This document shows, one piece after another, positions 55,408 through 56,448 of a stretch of 56,448 bases of DNA (position 1 is the stretch's first letter; the number at the start of each line of letters is the position of its first letter). The stretch is from a virus (taxonomy: Duplodnaviria > Caudoviricetes), in IMG/VR virus record IMGVR_UViG_3300028034_000004, positions 1 to 56,448 of that record; one strand, given 5' to 3'. The position numbers were made by a program, and so were the translations under genes. Below the pieces are notes generated by a model. That model had not been told where the DNA came from. It saw nothing but the letters and a program-made list of their open reading frames with translations, and searched no databases.

Positions 55408-55857
55408 TTATTCAGTTAAAGCTTCTAAACCTTTTTCAAATAAATAATTTAAAGTGTTGTCATCGATAGATGCTTCTTTTTTCTTTTTCTTCGGTTGGAG
55501 TGCACCTGCCCCCGCCCCTATTAAACTCCCTGCAAGAGAGCCACCTGCTCCAGTTATTGAACTTGCACCGATAGCTTCGCCAACATTAAAATCTGAATCT
55601 TTTAAAGCTGAAACTAACATTGGAACTCCGCCAGCAACTCCGCCAGCAATTCCACCTCTCCGACCCCATTTTTTCCATTTAGGATCTTCAACATCTTCTT
55701 CGGCAACCTTCTCTAAAAAGTCATGTAAATCCACAGCGTCTACACCATGTACCCCAGCAACTTTTTCTAAAGAGTCAGCATAGTCATTAAGTCCTTCTTC
55801 ATAAGCAATCTTTTCCAAACCAGCATTTAAAATCATATCTAATTCTTCCTGAGTCAT
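55408..55857 (-). CDS. Putative internal head protein, paralog B
   Basis: AGLEKIAYEEGLNDYADSLEKVAGVHGVDA; ends ALTE like paralog A. Confidence 0.8.
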   Translation of the reverse strand: MTQEELDMILNAGLEKIAYEEGLNDYADSLEKVAGVHGVDAVDLHDFLEKVAEEDVEDPKWKKWGRRGGIAGGVAGGVPMLVSALKDSDFNVGEAIGASSITGAGGSLAGSLIGAGAGALQPKKKKKEASIDDNTLNYLFEKGLEALTE

Positions 55858-55869
55858 ATGTACCTCCTT

Positions 55870-56448
55870 TTAAGAGTATAATCTAGTTCCGGGGTGCTTT
55901 GACTTTTTCACCTCGAAAGGATTATCTGTTTTTTTATTCTTTATCTTATCATAATGCTTTTTACTTTTGCTTTTGGTCTCGCCTACAAGTGATGCAACTT
56001 CCATAGTTTTAAGTGGGTGTTTAGCCATCTGCAGGGCAATACCAGCAGCTTTTTCTAAACGTTCGTTCAATTCATCTAATCTCGACTTAATTTTACCATA
56101 GCTTGCAACCTTTTGCAAAAACTCATTTTCCTTATCTACAAGAAAATTCACCTCTGATATGTCAGGAATATTTTCTTCTGATGCAGACTTAATTAATTCG
56201 TCTGGTGCACCAGCTTTTTTAATGGAATAAGCAACTATCTTAGGGTTGTTATTTTGCAACTTGGATTTAATCAACTTCACTAAGTGTGGTTTCTTTTCCA
56301 TTAATTTGACTTCTAGATCTGATTTTTCCCTCTGCATATTGCCTATCAATGATTTTAGGTCTTCTATATTAATTGTTTCTTTTTCTTCCTCTTCATCATT
56401 AATTGTATAATAGGAATCATCAAAGCTCAAATCCGGACTTTCAGTTTT
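55870..56448 (-). CDS. Hypothetical K-x-A-motif protein, 5' end probably outside the window
   Basis: Frame is open to the right edge; KSAS, QKVAS, EKAA. Confidence 0.7.
   Translation of the reverse strand, partial: KTESPDLSFDDSYYTINDEEEEKETINIEDLKSLIGNMQREKSDLEVKLMEKKPHLVKLIKSKLQNNNPKIVAYSIKKAGAPDELIKSASEENIPDISEVNFLVDKENEFLQKVASYGKIKSRLDELNERLEKAAGIALQMAKHPLKTMEVASLVGETKSKSKKHYDKIKNKKTDNPFEVKKSKHPGTRLYS

Noticed and set aside
13048-55783. Numerous short plus-strand ORFs opposite the virion genes (e.g. 47567-48082, 49570-50046)
   Set aside because: Antisense shadows of acidic/Lys-rich genes that have strong RBSs and recognisable motifs.
1-56448. Stop-codon reassignment; tRNA or rRNA genes
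   Set aside because: Genes tile densely under the standard code using all three stops. I saw no tRNA-like cloverleaf in the few intergenic gaps, but no covariance search was run.

Overview
This window is part of a large, low-GC myovirus genome with an acidic proteome. The host is probably in Bacillota (SLH-domain amidase, SigH-like sigma factor). It is not a bacterial chromosome segment. Left to right: (1) A >2200-codon minus-strand ORF missing from the ORF track because it runs off the left edge. It encodes a single-chain beta-beta' RNA polymerase with a 524-aa LAGLIDADG intein directly after the catalytic NADFDGD motif. The intein ends in Tyr-Asp and contains its own consensus promoter, RBS and in-frame ATG. 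(2) A plus-strand accessory block: YopX, a displaced gp25-like baseplate gene, a resolvase-like nuclease, a SigH-like sigma factor and small membrane proteins. (3) A ~43-kb minus-strand virion/lysis region: portal, a 127-bp inverted-repeat origin-like element, lysis cassette, baseplate, a second sigma factor, tape measure, tube/sheath, neck, capsid, prohead protease and K-x-A-rich head proteins. The best candidate for an undescribed system lies between the tail-fibre and lysis genes. Three radical SAM/SPASM enzymes flank two genes whose products end in Cys-x-x-x repeat tails with the identical terminus GGCDGCDGRWF, one fused to an RCC1 beta-propeller fibre-like protein. This suggests RiPP-type post-translational modification of virion proteins. 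All family assignments come from motif recognition by eye; no database searches were run.
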